From contig JALCBJ010000011.1 of the NCBI GenBank assembly GCA_028066595.1, forward strand, positions 34,619 through 98,618: a stretch of 64,000 nucleotides of DNA. The letters are read 5' to 3'. The translations under genes and the position numbers were made by a program. Every line of letters starts with the position of its first letter. Positions within the stretch are counted from its first letter, which is position 1. This document shows, in pieces, positions 9,819 through 20,242 of the stretch. The notes under the pieces were generated by a model, which was not told where the DNA came from, did not search any database, and worked only from the letters and a program-made list of their open reading frames with translations. This DNA comes from Thermoanaerobaculia bacterium (lineage in GTDB: Bacteria > Acidobacteriota > Thermoanaerobaculia > Multivoradales > J023).

Positions 9819-12131
9819 TCAACCGGCAGGTCGTTGGTACAGCTCCAGATAGTGCTCTCGGCTACGCAGGACCTTCGCGAGATAGTTGCGGGTTTCGCGG
9901 AAGGCGACTTTGGTCAGGTATTCCTCGAGGCTGTCACCGACGCAGTAGCTCCGCCATAGCTCGGCCTGGGGTTCGCCGGCGTTGTAGGCCGATACGGTCT
10001 CCGCCAGCGATCCGTCGAAGCGTTCCGACAGTTCACTCAAATAGGCGGCGCCGAGCGCTACGGCGATCTCCGGTCGATGGAGGTCCCAGGGGTCGAGTTT
10101 TCCCATGTCGTGCTTCTGTGCCAATCGCGACGCGGTGGGAAAAACGAACTGCGTCAGACCTCTGGCCGAGGCACCGGAGAACGCCTCTGGGTCGAAGCGA
10201 CTTTCCTCCCGCACGATGGCCGCCAGCAGGTACGGGTCGATTTCGTGTTTTCCCGATTCGCGGAGGATCAGGTAGCTGAACCGGAACGGATAGAGCAGCT
10301 GGCGATAGGCGAAGGGCAGCATCGCGTCCGGCAGACGGGACGGAATGCGCTTCGAAAGGACTTCGGCCACGTAGAGCGAACGATGGGTGGCGCCGGACTC
10401 CGCCAGCGCCAAGCTGCCAGCGAAGGCCAGCTCCGGCCGGGCGATGGGAAAGTGGCGCAGCAGCGCGGAGGAGCCCTCGGCGAAGAGCCCCAACGTCAGA
10501 AGCTTTTCCTCCGGGCTAGAGGATGTGCGACGCCAGCTGTTGACTCGCCACAGTGGCCAGCTTTCTGGAGGCGGAGCCTCCAGGCCGAGGAACGGTGAGA
10601 CGCGCGGGTCGCCCTGAAGCAGATCGGTGAGGGTCCGTCGTGCACGTCGACCGCTGGCGTCGCCGTCGCCCAGTAGAAGCCATGCACTGTACAGCTCTTC
10701 CACGTTGCGTCCCGCTGCACGTCGCCTCGTTTCCACCAGAGCGGGATCCCTGAGCGCCGGTGACTCGAGCTGCCTATGGGCGCCGCGCCCGAAAGGGTGA
10801 TAGGGATCGTCGACGAGTGTCTCGAGATACCATTCGACCGCCTCGGTTTGTCGTCCGCGGAGCTCTTCGAGGCGCCCATACCAGTACGAGATTTCTTGAC
10901 CCTTCTCTCCGCGGCCGAAACGAGCGGCGTCACCGAGCCAGGTCTCGGCTCGATCACCCCGACCCGCCTCGAGGTCCGATGCGGCGAGAAACAGGGCAGC
11001 TCGCTCCGCGATCGACCATTTGCGCTGGGCCACGAGCTCTTCGTAGACCTGGAGCGCTCCGACCTCGTCGCCCGTGAGCCAGAGGAGCCGCAGTACGGCG
11101 ATGGCAGCGGCGGCCGCCCACGGACCTCGCGGCTGCGCTGCCTGAGCGGTTGCGAAGAGGCGCACGGCCTCCGACCAGGACTCCGGCCCGGCGAGCTCGT
11201 TCGATCTCGCCTGCTGATACAGCGCCTGGGCCCGGCGACCCGGGTCAGGCGCCGTGGCGGCCACCGCGGAGAAGGCGTTCGCCGCCGTTTCCCAGCGCTC
11301 CAGCCAGAAGTAGCAGCGCGCTAGCGCGTAGCGCGCATTGTGAGCGTCTGCGGGGGTCATCGTCGGCGTCGATGGCATCTTCACCAGCGCCCCTGCCAGA
11401 AACCGCAAGGCCACGTCGAATTCCCGGTGGTCGTAGTAGGCCAAGCCGACGTTCAGCAACGTACGGGGTTCGGAATTGGTCAGATCCACGGACGGCGCCA
11501 AGAGGTGAGCAGCTTCGCGCGCCACGTCGTCGCCCGTCTCCGCCTGTAGCAGCGCCAGAAGACGCCGTCGTCCGGCCTCTTCGTCGCCCGTCCGCCGATC
11601 GCACACTGCGCGCGCCAGCTCTAGCCGTCGCGCATCCGGCTGGCGAAGCCGAAGGCGGTGGAGTCCGCCGAGCAGCCGACAGTCACCGCCCTGGCGGATG
11701 GTCCGGTCCAGAAGATCGACCGCCGCTCCCACCAGTTGTCTGGGAGGGTTCGACCCCAGAAGAGTTGCCAGCAGGCCCGCGGCCACTTCGGGGTGGCCAG
11801 TGTCCGCCTGCTCCCGCGCCAGACGCAGCCGCGACCAGGGCGCCAGGTCGGGCGAAGCACCCATGGCGTCGGCAAAGGCCTGGGTCGCTTCCCCACGCCG
11901 ATCGAGCTCCAGCAGCAGGTGTCCCCGCAAGTAGAGGAGGCCGTGCCGACGTGCGATTTCCGGCGTCTGTTCGAGCAGCTGCTGGGTGAGCTCGAGCGCC
12001 GCTCTCTCGTCGCGCCGGAGCTGGTGTCGAACCAGGTCGATGCGCGGGTCGCTGGTGCCACTCACCGCTGCGTCGGGCGCACCCTGGGCTCCGAGAAGCG
12101 ACAACGCGAGGGCCAGAAGGGGAAGACTCAT
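9819..12131 (-). CDS. Soluble lytic transglycosylase with TPR repeats
   Basis: Signal peptide; TPR-like helices; SLT motifs AIVREESRF, ARGLTQF, AYNAG, ETRNYL. Alternative start 12185. Confidence 0.9.
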   Translation of the reverse strand: MSLPLLALALSLLGAQGAPDAAVSGTSDPRIDLVRHQLRRDERAALELTQQLLEQTPEIARRHGLLYLRGHLLLELDRRGEATQAFADAMGASPDLAPWSRLRLAREQADTGHPEVAAGLLATLLGSNPPRQLVGAAVDLLDRTIRQGGDCRLLGGLHRLRLRQPDARRLELARAVCDRRTGDEEAGRRRLLALLQAETGDDVAREAAHLLAPSVDLTNSEPRTLLNVGLAYYDHREFDVALRFLAGALVKMPSTPTMTPADAHNARYALARCYFWLERWETAANAFSAVAATAPDPGRRAQALYQQARSNELAGPESWSEAVRLFATAQAAQPRGPWAAAAAIAVLRLLWLTGDEVGALQVYEELVAQRKWSIAERAALFLAASDLEAGRGDRAETWLGDAARFGRGEKGQEISYWYGRLEELRGRQTEAVEWYLETLVDDPYHPFGRGAHRQLESPALRDPALVETRRRAAGRNVEELYSAWLLLGDGDASGRRARRTLTDLLQGDPRVSPFLGLEAPPPESWPLWRVNSWRRTSSSPEEKLLTLGLFAEGSSALLRHFPIARPELAFAGSLALAESGATHRSLYVAEVLSKRIPSRLPDAMLPFAYRQLLYPFRFSYLILRESGKHEIDPYLLAAIVREESRFDPEAFSGASARGLTQFVFPTASRLAQKHDMGKLDPWDLHRPEIAVALGAAYLSELSERFDGSLAETVSAYNAGEPQAELWRSYCVGDSLEEYLTKVAFRETRNYLAKVLRSREHYLELYQRPAG

Positions 12132-12212
12132 GCTTCGGGACGACCTTGGCGGCCTGGCCACCTCGTTCGCCGAAGCGCTGGCCACCGGAATCTAGCGGGC
12201 CGAGCGTCCCGA

Positions 12213-13523
12213 TCAGCTCGAGAGTCTTTCGACCCGTACGCCTAGGCGCTGCAATTTCGATTCCATTTTCTCGTATCCTCGATCGAGGTGGTAGATCCGG
12301 TCGATCACAGTCTCGCCGTCGGCCGCCAATCCCGCCAGAACGAGGCAAGCAGATGCCCGTAGGTCCGTGGCCATGACCGTCGCACCGGAAAGGCGGCTCG
12401 GGCCGTGAACCTGTGCGTAGTTGGCGCGAACGATGCGGATGTCCGCTCCCATACGCCCCAGCTCCGGCACGTGTTGGAAGCGATTTTCGAAGACCGTCTC
12501 TGAGATGGTCGCAGCTCCGGAGGCCTGGGTCATCAGCGCCATGTACTGAGCCTGGAGATCGGTGGGAAAACCTGGATGAGGCGCGGTGACCAGGTCGCGA
12601 GCCCCGATGTCGCCATCGTGACGGACCCGGATACTGCCGTTGTGTTTACCGTCCTCGGTGGTGATCTCGGCACCGATCTCCGCCAGCTTTTCCAACAGAG
12701 GTGCCAGATCGGCAGGGCGCGTCCCGACGACCGTGACATCGCCGCGGGTCATCACCGCACCTACCAGGTACGTCCCGGCCTCGATTCGATCTGGAATCAC
12801 GCGGTGCTCGGCTCCGTGCAGGCTCCGCCTGCCTTCCACGGTAAGCGTCCCGTGCCCGTCGTCATCGATATGGGCGCCCATGGACCGTAACAAGGTCGCC
12901 AGGTCACCGACCTCGGGCTCCTGAGCGCAGTTCTCGAGCACCGAGGTGCCGCGTGCCAGCACAGCGGCCATGAGGAGGTTCTCCGTGCCGGTGACGGTCC
13001 GGGTAGCGAAGCGGAATCGCGCGCCTTGCAGACGTCGATCCGGCAGATGGGTGCTGCTTGCGTGAATGTAGCCGTGGTCGATGTCGACCTCCGCCCCCAT
13101 CGCCTCCAATCCGGCCAGATGTTGGTCGACCGGTCGCACACCGATGGCGCAACCGCCGGGCAACGACACCTTGGCATGGCCCCGCCGAGCCAACAGTGGT
13201 CCCAAGGTGAGGACGCCCGCGCGCATGGTCTTGACCAGGTCGTACGGTGCCTCGTCGGGCGCACTACCGTGGCCGTTGGCACGTAGCCTCAATGCTCCCG
13301 GCTCACCGTCGGCACCCGATGGATCTTCGTCGCGCTCGACGCCGAGATGACCTAGCAGCTTGCTCATGGTGACGATGTCGCGGACTCGGGGCACGTGGCG
13401 CAGCACGACTTCGTCGCCGGTCAACAGGCAGGCTGCCAGGGCTGGTAGCGATGCGTTTTTGGCGCCGCTGGCACGTAGGGTGCCAGACAGTCTGCAGGGT
13501 CCGTGGATGCGCAGTTTGTCCAT
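12213..13523 (-). CDS. murA: UDP-N-acetylglucosamine 1-carboxyvinyltransferase
   Basis: SGAKNA, VKTMRA, LPGGCAIGVRPVDQH (active-site Cys present), PDRIEAGT, GFPTDLQ, ATDLRAS, HLDRGYE. Confidence 0.97.
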   Translation of the reverse strand: MDKLRIHGPCRLSGTLRASGAKNASLPALAACLLTGDEVVLRHVPRVRDIVTMSKLLGHLGVERDEDPSGADGEPGALRLRANGHGSAPDEAPYDLVKTMRAGVLTLGPLLARRGHAKVSLPGGCAIGVRPVDQHLAGLEAMGAEVDIDHGYIHASSTHLPDRRLQGARFRFATRTVTGTENLLMAAVLARGTSVLENCAQEPEVGDLATLLRSMGAHIDDDGHGTLTVEGRRSLHGAEHRVIPDRIEAGTYLVGAVMTRGDVTVVGTRPADLAPLLEKLAEIGAEITTEDGKHNGSIRVRHDGDIGARDLVTAPHPGFPTDLQAQYMALMTQASGAATISETVFENRFQHVPELGRMGADIRIVRANYAQVHGPSRLSGATVMATDLRASACLVLAGLAADGETVIDRIYHLDRGYEKMESKLQRLGVRVERLSS

Positions 13524-13756
13524 GGGTAGGTCTTTCGATTCGTCGGGCCGCCGTAGCGCGAGCGCCGGCGGAACGGTTGGCCTACGGTGCCGGAATGCGC
13601 GAACCGGAAGGGCCGCGCGAGCGGATGTGGCGGGAAGTGCAGGGACGGTTTCGGGGCGAACGACGACACTTTTATCTACCATGTGGACGAGGGTAGTGCG
13701 ATCGTCCGACTCCGGCGGGGCAACAATGAGGCGATGCTGTGTCGAATCGAGCCGTA

Positions 13757-14077
13757 TCAGAGGTCGGGGATGTCGATGACGACGTCCGATCTCGGAAGTG
13801 TCTGGCAACCCAGAACCCAACCTTCTTCGCGCTCGTCGTCGTCGATCAGATGACCCGTGTCCATCAGCTCTTCCACCTCGCCGCTGACCACCCGACATAG
13901 ACACGTGCCGCAATCACCGGCGCAGCAGTTGTGCGGGAAAAGCACGTCGGCATCGAGAGCGGCATCGAGTAGCGGCTTGTTCTCGGGTGCCTCGACGGTT
14001 TCGTCCGTCGACTGAATGGTCAGGCGGTAGACAGCCTTCTCGTCCGCGGACTTGTTCTGGAAGAGTCGCTTCAGCAT
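13757..14077 (-). CDS. Plant-type [2Fe-2S] ferredoxin, stand-alone
   Basis: LLDAAL…FPHNCCAGDCGTC (CX4CX2C) and distal LGCQT. Confidence 0.85.
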   Translation of the reverse strand: MLKRLFQNKSADEKAVYRLTIQSTDETVEAPENKPLLDAALDADVLFPHNCCAGDCGTCLCRVVSGEVEELMDTGHLIDDDEREEGWVLGCQTLPRSDVVIDIPDL

Positions 14078-14111
14078 GGGGGCCCAGACTCTAGCAGTCA
14101 ATGGCGCGTCG

Positions 14112-15910
14112 CTAGCGGAGCCAGCCCACGCCATCGTGCAACGGATTCTCAGCCAGAGCGACGTGTCCATTCTCCGCAAACGGATTCTTGCCCTGTGCCA
14201 GCTCGGCGACCCAGGCCTCCCGAATAGATCTCAGTTCCTCGGTCCAGTCTTCGGCGCCTTCCCCCGAGAGAGCAGATCGAAGGTCCGCGAGGGCTCCTTC
14301 CAGGTCGCCGGTCAAGGCCCGCGCCACACCCCGCGAGTCGAGAAAGGCGCTGTTGTCCGGTTGCTGTCCCACAGCCTGGTCGCAACTGGCGAGGACCGTC
14401 TCGGCAAACCCCCACAATGCACCCTGCCAGCAGAGATGGTTGAGCCGCGCCGCGCCCTGCGAAGTCATCGCGTCCGCCTCCCTCCGTACGATGGCTTGGG
14501 CCTCGTCTTGCTGACCCGACTCGCGAAGAATTCTCGCTTCGAGAAGGCGATAGTCGGTGTTGTCGGGCTCCAGGGCGACGGCTATCCGGCTTACCGTGAG
14601 AGCGCGGTCGGTTCGGCCACCATCCATACGTCGATAGACCTCCGCGAGTCGTGCTGCAGCCGGCGTGAAGCGGGCGTTCGTCTCCAGCGACGAGACGAGC
14701 CGCGATTCGAGCTCCAAGAGCAGCTCGGGCGTGATCCCGTCGGTTTGACGAGCCTGGTGGAAACGCATCACCGCCAGGCCGTAGTGAGCGAGAGCCGAGG
14801 CATTGGGTTGCTCTGCGGCCTTCGCGAAGGCGGCGATACTCTCGTCGGTTTCGTCCTTCGTCATGTGAAAGATGCCGCGTGCCTCCAAAGTAACGGGTAG
14901 ATCAGGCACGTCGCTCTCCGCGGACCGGACCATTCCCTCCAGATCCTCGGGCCCCAGACTCGCGTAGAGGTGGCGAGCGACCAGCCCGGAGGCCTCACCG
15001 GTGGAGAGCTCTCGATTCAGGAGACTCTCCGCGGGTGGTTCGGCGGAACGGGAAGGCGGAAATAGGAAAACGTGAGACGGCGAACGTAGGCTCGAAGCTT
15101 GCGCTCCAGTGCGTCGAGATCGCCGAAGGCCTCCTCGGCGGCTTCCAAGCTGGATTCACCTCGGCTAATCAAGTTCAGATACTGGCCGAGAATCTTCTTC
15201 AGCTCGCCGGTCCCGTCGCCGATCATCATCAGGTGGGTCAGAGCCCAGGACTGGACGTAGAAGTCGGCCGCCTTGTAGCGGTTGCGGTAGTACTCCGAGC
15301 TGCGGTCGACCGTCAGCAGAGTCTCCAAAGGGATCGGAATGCCCTCGGCCAGGGGCCGAAGGCGGAAGGTGATCGCTCTTCCGACCTGGGCTTCCTTTCT
15401 GGTGAGCCGCGAGCCGCCACCCCAGAAGTCGGCGAGTCCTTCGCTCAGCCAGGTGGGAAGCTCCGCCGTGCCAGATTCCGCCACCAGATAATGAAAGTAC
15501 TCGTGGTAGACGACACCGAAATCGTCGCCGCCGACCAGATCGGCGCGCAGCACGACGTATGGTTCATCTACGGAATCGGCGAAGAGGCCGGCTGGACGTG
15601 TGGCGTCGCGCTCGGCCCAGACCAGCGGCAGGAGTCGACCCATGGTGCGCTCGTTGGCTGGAGCAAAGACGAGAAGCGGAGGGCCCGAAGTATTGGCGAA
15701 GTGTGGCATCGCCTGGGTCAGTACCTGACGGATCTGTTCCAGGTGCGTCGCCACCTTGCGCACTTCCTTGGGCCTGGCATTGCTGACCACGATGAAGTGC
15801 TCGCTACGAACCTCGACCCAGCGTCCGGGAAGCTCACCGGAATCAGCGGATGCTTCCGTGGCGAGAAACGCGAAACAGACGACGATCCAGATCGGACTGC
15901 GAGGAGACAT
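14112..15910 (-). pseudogene. DUF1570/peptidase-MA-like zinc metallopeptidase with C-terminal TPRs, split by a frameshift near 15040 (true pseudogene or sequencing error)
   Basis: 5' ORF 15017-15910 has a signal peptide, WVEVRSEHF, HEYFH and WLSEGLAD. The frame of ORF 14112-14933 stays open upstream (PPAESLLNRELSTGEA…) and overlaps the 5' ORF end; adding one base joins them. Confidence 0.75.
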
Positions 15911-15971
15911 GGCACAAGGATAGCCGATACGCGTTGGCTATACCTGACGAAACCTCGAGATGAGCTGGAAG

Positions 15972-17696
15972 TCAGCCCGCTGTGGCGGTCTCCGGTCTGG
16001 GTAGGGTCGCCGGGAAATCCGGCAACGTCTCGGCGACATCGTGCCCCTTTCGCTGATCGATGAGCTCCGCCAACTCCTCGAAGGTGACGCCGAGTCGCTG
16101 GGCGGTTTCCGCGGCCAGTGAGGTTTCGGCGACGCCAGGGATGAACTGATAGGTGCTCGACAGGTCAGGCGCGACTTCGACCTGCAGAAACTCCATGCCT
16201 CGTACTGGCCGCTCGTCATGGAGCCTCTGGGCGTAGTCGAGAAAGTGCGTCGAGATCACCGCTTGCGTATCGAGTCGTTCCAGTAGGCGCAACACAAGAT
16301 CGAAGATTTCGATGCCCTCCTTGGGATTGGTGCCCGAGCACAGCTCGTCGAGGATCACCAGAGAAGGAGTTCCCATCGTGGTGAAGAGTCGACGGATGCG
16401 CATCATCTCGCGGCCCAACCTGCCTTCACCCTGATGAGCGTCCTCGGTCTCGACCAAGGAAACGAAGAGTCCATGTACCAAAGGAAGCTCGGCCGCGGCA
16501 GCCGGCACGTACATTCCTGACTGCCCGAGTACCTGGATCAGCCCCAGACTCTGAAGCAAACGGGTCTTGCCTCCGGAGTTCGGGCCGGTGACGAGGGTGA
16601 TCTGCTGATCCTGGGAGTAGGCGAGGGAGCAGGGCTGTGGAGGCTCCTCGGTGGCCAGCAAGAGCGGATTGAACAGCTGCTCGAGGCGCAGCGTCTTGCC
16701 TTCGCCCAGATCCGCCAGGCACATGTCGAGGCCTTCCTCTCCCATGCGCCGAGCAAATCCATGGGCTGTGAGATAGACCTCCAAATGTCCCAGGATCTGC
16801 ACCAGAGGTACCAAAGAAGGCGCCACATCGACGAACATCTCGCCCAGCAGTCGGTGGAGGATTACCTTCTTGGAGACCTTGTAGCCGTAAAAGAATGCGC
16901 GAAAGCGATGCCACAAACGTCTCCAGTGAGGGAGGTAGTGGGGATTCTCCTCGTTGTCCCGGATGTCGAGGATCCTCAGATCTTTGATCTCCCCGTCGCC
17001 GCCGATCTGCACCGAGACCCGCAGGCGGGACTGATGCTGCTCATAGTCCAGGAGATCACTCATGCGACGGTAGGCTCGCGTGCGTCGCATCTGTTTTCCC
17101 GTCTCGGCCAAGCGGTGCAGGCCCGATGTCGCACCAGCGAATCCTTCGGCCATGCGATCGATGATGCCCTTTGCTTGGCGGAAGACGTCGAGGCGGTAGC
17201 TGTGGATGTCTAGACGCTGAGCGTGGTCTGGCGTCTTGAACATCGCCAGCAACTTCGAGACCTCCACGTAGAGTCGCTCGGCGCGCCGCAACAGCGTTTC
17301 GTCGGCAGCCAGCTCGCGCAAGATTTCTTGACGAAAGCGGATCGCCTCGATGTCCGTCGGTGGGGCCGAGAAGACTTGGAACAGGAACTCCTCGTTGACC
17401 GGGTAACGTAAGCCTTCGACGCGCAACTCGAAGCAATCGTGGATCAACTCCCGTACGAAGAGGTCCTCGGCGAAGAGATCGAGATTCCAATCCGCCTCCG
17501 GCGTCACCCCGGCCAACACACGATCCAGGTCCTTCGCCGCTTCCCGGCCCAAGAACGACAACTCCAGGAGGGTCTGGACGTTTTCCGGATCGAGCCCGAG
17601 ACGGGCGTCGACGTGAAGCAGGTCAGGTGCGGCGGCGGGCGTCGCCGCGTGACTCTCCCGCGAATGCCCCGCAAAGGCGGCTTTGGATCGGCTCAT
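15972..17696 (-). CDS. MutS-family ATPase (domain V), lacking the mismatch-binding domain and Smr
   Basis: FNPLL, Walker A GPNSGGKT, QSGMYVPA, Walker B VILDELCSGT, STHF, C-terminal HTH SLAAETAQRLGV. Confidence 0.85.
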   Translation of the reverse strand: MSRSKAAFAGHSRESHAATPAAAPDLLHVDARLGLDPENVQTLLELSFLGREAAKDLDRVLAGVTPEADWNLDLFAEDLFVRELIHDCFELRVEGLRYPVNEEFLFQVFSAPPTDIEAIRFRQEILRELAADETLLRRAERLYVEVSKLLAMFKTPDHAQRLDIHSYRLDVFRQAKGIIDRMAEGFAGATSGLHRLAETGKQMRRTRAYRRMSDLLDYEQHQSRLRVSVQIGGDGEIKDLRILDIRDNEENPHYLPHWRRLWHRFRAFFYGYKVSKKVILHRLLGEMFVDVAPSLVPLVQILGHLEVYLTAHGFARRMGEEGLDMCLADLGEGKTLRLEQLFNPLLLATEEPPQPCSLAYSQDQQITLVTGPNSGGKTRLLQSLGLIQVLGQSGMYVPAAAAELPLVHGLFVSLVETEDAHQGEGRLGREMMRIRRLFTTMGTPSLVILDELCSGTNPKEGIEIFDLVLRLLERLDTQAVISTHFLDYAQRLHDERPVRGMEFLQVEVAPDLSSTYQFIPGVAETSLAAETAQRLGVTFEELAELIDQRKGHDVAETLPDFPATLPRPETATAG

Positions 17697-17889
17697 GGGC
17701 TCATTATCTCCGGATGCTCGAGGCCTGGTCTCGGGGTGCCCAGAGGAGGACCTCGCCCGGTTTGGACCCGGCTCGCCGCTCCGGAGTTCCCGTGATGCTT
17801 CTCCCTCGTTCAACGAGTCGGGCTCATTTCCTCCGAGAGGTCGGCGGGCTCGAGAATGGACGGTTCGGCGGCTCGGTAGCCACGGGTTG

Positions 17890-19620
17890 CTAGCCCACCG
17901 CCTGGAGTGTTCGACCCGGAACCCGCCGCACCCTGTCGGTGTCCCGGGGCAAGCGCAGCTCGGGCTCGGTTTCGATCGTGACGGCGGACAGCTCCACGGT
18001 CTCCTCCAGCGCCTCGAGGTAGAACCGGCCCAGGTCTTGCCAAGGAGTACGGTCCGGGCTGCGATCTTGAACCATGGCGCGACGGATGAATGTCCGGGCC
18101 TCCGGTGTCACCAAGATCTGACCGTTGCGCGCGGTTCGACGTAGATCGGAGGCGACCCGGAGGGTTACTCCCTCGGCGCGGACGCGCAACGAGGCATTGG
18201 TCTCGGCGGCCATCAGCAGCTCGCCGAGGTGAATGGCACCGCTCGCCCCGATCCGCAACTCGCGGGCCGTCTCGAGGCAGGCCATGGCACAGCGTAGAGC
18301 GTGTAATGGCCGTGTGAAGAACAGTACGTTCTCGTCCCCCGCCAGCTCGCAGCCCTCTAGCTCTCTGGCCACTCGGCGGCGCTCGGCCACGAAGCGTGCG
18401 CGCCGAGCGGTGTCACCTTCGTCCGTGCCGAGGACGAGCACTGCTTCGACACGGATACCGCCACGCGGCATCGCGTCCTCGTCGGGGAGGTAGACCGGCA
18501 CCTCCTCCGTGGCCTGGTGATCGGCGACGGCGGAGTGATCCGAGACGATGGGGATCTCCGCGGTGGCGTCGTCGTCTGGAAGCTCCGCAGGCTCGCTTTC
18601 CGCCACCGCCTGATGGAAGACGAGACGACGTCCACCTCGCCGGATTCCGGGCGGCTGTTCCGCCGGCGGCGCGGTCAGCGGGTCGATGTCCTCGAAAGCT
18701 GGAAACCGCTGGGGCTCACCCAGCAGATCGAGCTGCGTGGAAGGCCCGCCCCAGGAGTACGGACCACCCCATTCGGGCAGGCCCATCTTCTCGATCACCC
18801 GTAGCTCGACCACCACTTCACGGGCCGATCTGGGGCGATGCCCAGGATTCTTCTCCAGGAGTCGGTCGATCAGGTTGGAGAGCTCCACCGGAATGCGTCG
18901 ATTCAGCTGCCGCGCCGGCGTGTGTGGAACGCTGCAGACCTTGGTGAGGATGTCGAAGGTGCTCGTTCCGTAAAACGGTTGTTGACCCGTGACCGCCTCG
19001 AACAGCAGGGTGCCGAAACTGAACAGGTCCGAGCGGGGGTCCACCTCCTCTCCCATGGCTTGCTCCGGCGACATGGCGCGACCGGTGCCGAGCACCGAGC
19101 CATGTCCCGAGATCTTCGGATCCGGCACTTGCCAGACGCTCTTGGCGAGACCGAAATCAAGGATCTTGGCGTGGAAAGAGCGCGTCACCATGACGTTTTC
19201 GGTCTTGAGGTCACGGTGCACGATTCCCTTGGCATGGGCCTCCGCCAAGCCTTCTGCCACCTCGCGAGCGAGGGTGACGGCCTGCGCCAAACCGAGGCGT
19301 CCCGACTCGATCAGCGATTGGAGCGTTCGACCATCCACCAGCTCCAGCACGATCCAATCCGCCGCTTCCGACTCGACGATGTCGTAGACCTGTACGACGG
19401 CAGGATGATTCAGGCCGGCGACGGCCTGGGCCTCGCGGAGAAGCCGCCGACGTGAGCCCTCTTCCATCAACTCGGGTAGCACGTGCTTGATCGCTACCGG
19501 TCGTTGTAGCCGATCGTCCCAAGCTCTATACACCGCTCCCATACCGCCCGCACCGAGAGCGTTTTCGATGCGATAAGGACCTACGTGACTGGGCAAAGAA
19601 GAAGAGCGGGACGCCGACAC
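17890..19620 (-). CDS. Hanks-type Ser/Thr protein kinase with C-terminal degenerate class III nucleotide-cyclase-like domain
   Basis: LGAGGMGAVY, VAIK, HRDLKTENV, DFG, AMSPEQ, DLFSFG. C-terminus GAIHLGE…GQILVT…LGRFYLEALEETVEL resembles the cyclase fold. Confidence 0.85.
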   Translation of the reverse strand: MSASRSSSLPSHVGPYRIENALGAGGMGAVYRAWDDRLQRPVAIKHVLPELMEEGSRRRLLREAQAVAGLNHPAVVQVYDIVESEAADWIVLELVDGRTLQSLIESGRLGLAQAVTLAREVAEGLAEAHAKGIVHRDLKTENVMVTRSFHAKILDFGLAKSVWQVPDPKISGHGSVLGTGRAMSPEQAMGEEVDPRSDLFSFGTLLFEAVTGQQPFYGTSTFDILTKVCSVPHTPARQLNRRIPVELSNLIDRLLEKNPGHRPRSAREVVVELRVIEKMGLPEWGGPYSWGGPSTQLDLLGEPQRFPAFEDIDPLTAPPAEQPPGIRRGGRRLVFHQAVAESEPAELPDDDATAEIPIVSDHSAVADHQATEEVPVYLPDEDAMPRGGIRVEAVLVLGTDEGDTARRARFVAERRRVARELEGCELAGDENVLFFTRPLHALRCAMACLETARELRIGASGAIHLGELLMAAETNASLRVRAEGVTLRVASDLRRTARNGQILVTPEARTFIRRAMVQDRSPDRTPWQDLGRFYLEALEETVELSAVTIETEPELRLPRDTDRVRRVPGRTLQAVG

Positions 19621-19810
19621 ACAATCAGTCTATCAACCGATCCTGGCCGCCATCGATCTTGACTGGTTTTTGCTCGGAGTTGTCCTTTCGGTCGTGGACC
19701 GAGTGTGAAGATCGTTGTCGCGGTGCCGGATCCGATGGACGGCGGACCTCACTCGCCTTACACTCGGCGGACCGCGGTCAGCTCCACACCACGATGCCAG
19801 GGAGATCTTC

Positions 19811-20095
19811 ATGGCCAAAGCCAGCTGGAACGGCGTGACTCTCGCGGAGAGCGATGCCACGATCGTCGTCGAGGGCAATCACTATTTCCCACCGGAATCG
19901 CTTCGCGACGAGCACTTCCGTGGATCGGATCATCACACCACATGCCCGTGGAAGGGAGAAGCCAGCTACTTTCACCTGGAGGCGAAGGGACAGGTGAACG
20001 AGAACGCAGCGTGGACGTATCCGACTCCGAAGCCGGCGGCCTCGGAAATCAAGGGATACGTCGCCTTTTGGAAAGGTGTAGAGGTCACGGCGTGA
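19811..20095 (+). CDS. DUF427 domain protein
   Basis: AESDATIVVEGNHYFPP, TTCPWKGEASY, NAAWTYPTPK, IKGYVAFW; GGAG RBS. Confidence 0.9.
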   Translation: MAKASWNGVTLAESDATIVVEGNHYFPPESLRDEHFRGSDHHTTCPWKGEASYFHLEAKGQVNENAAWTYPTPKPAASEIKGYVAFWKGVEVTA

Positions 20096-20242
20096 CCCGG
20101 CGGATGGCGATGCCGCAGCGGGCACAAGCCTCCAGATCGACCTCGTCGGGAACCCTCTCGACCCGCTCGCCCGCGGTCGGCGCACGGCTTGTTCGCCATT
20201 TGGAACGGGTTGGACCTTCCTTGCCAACTGTCAGGAGACGGG

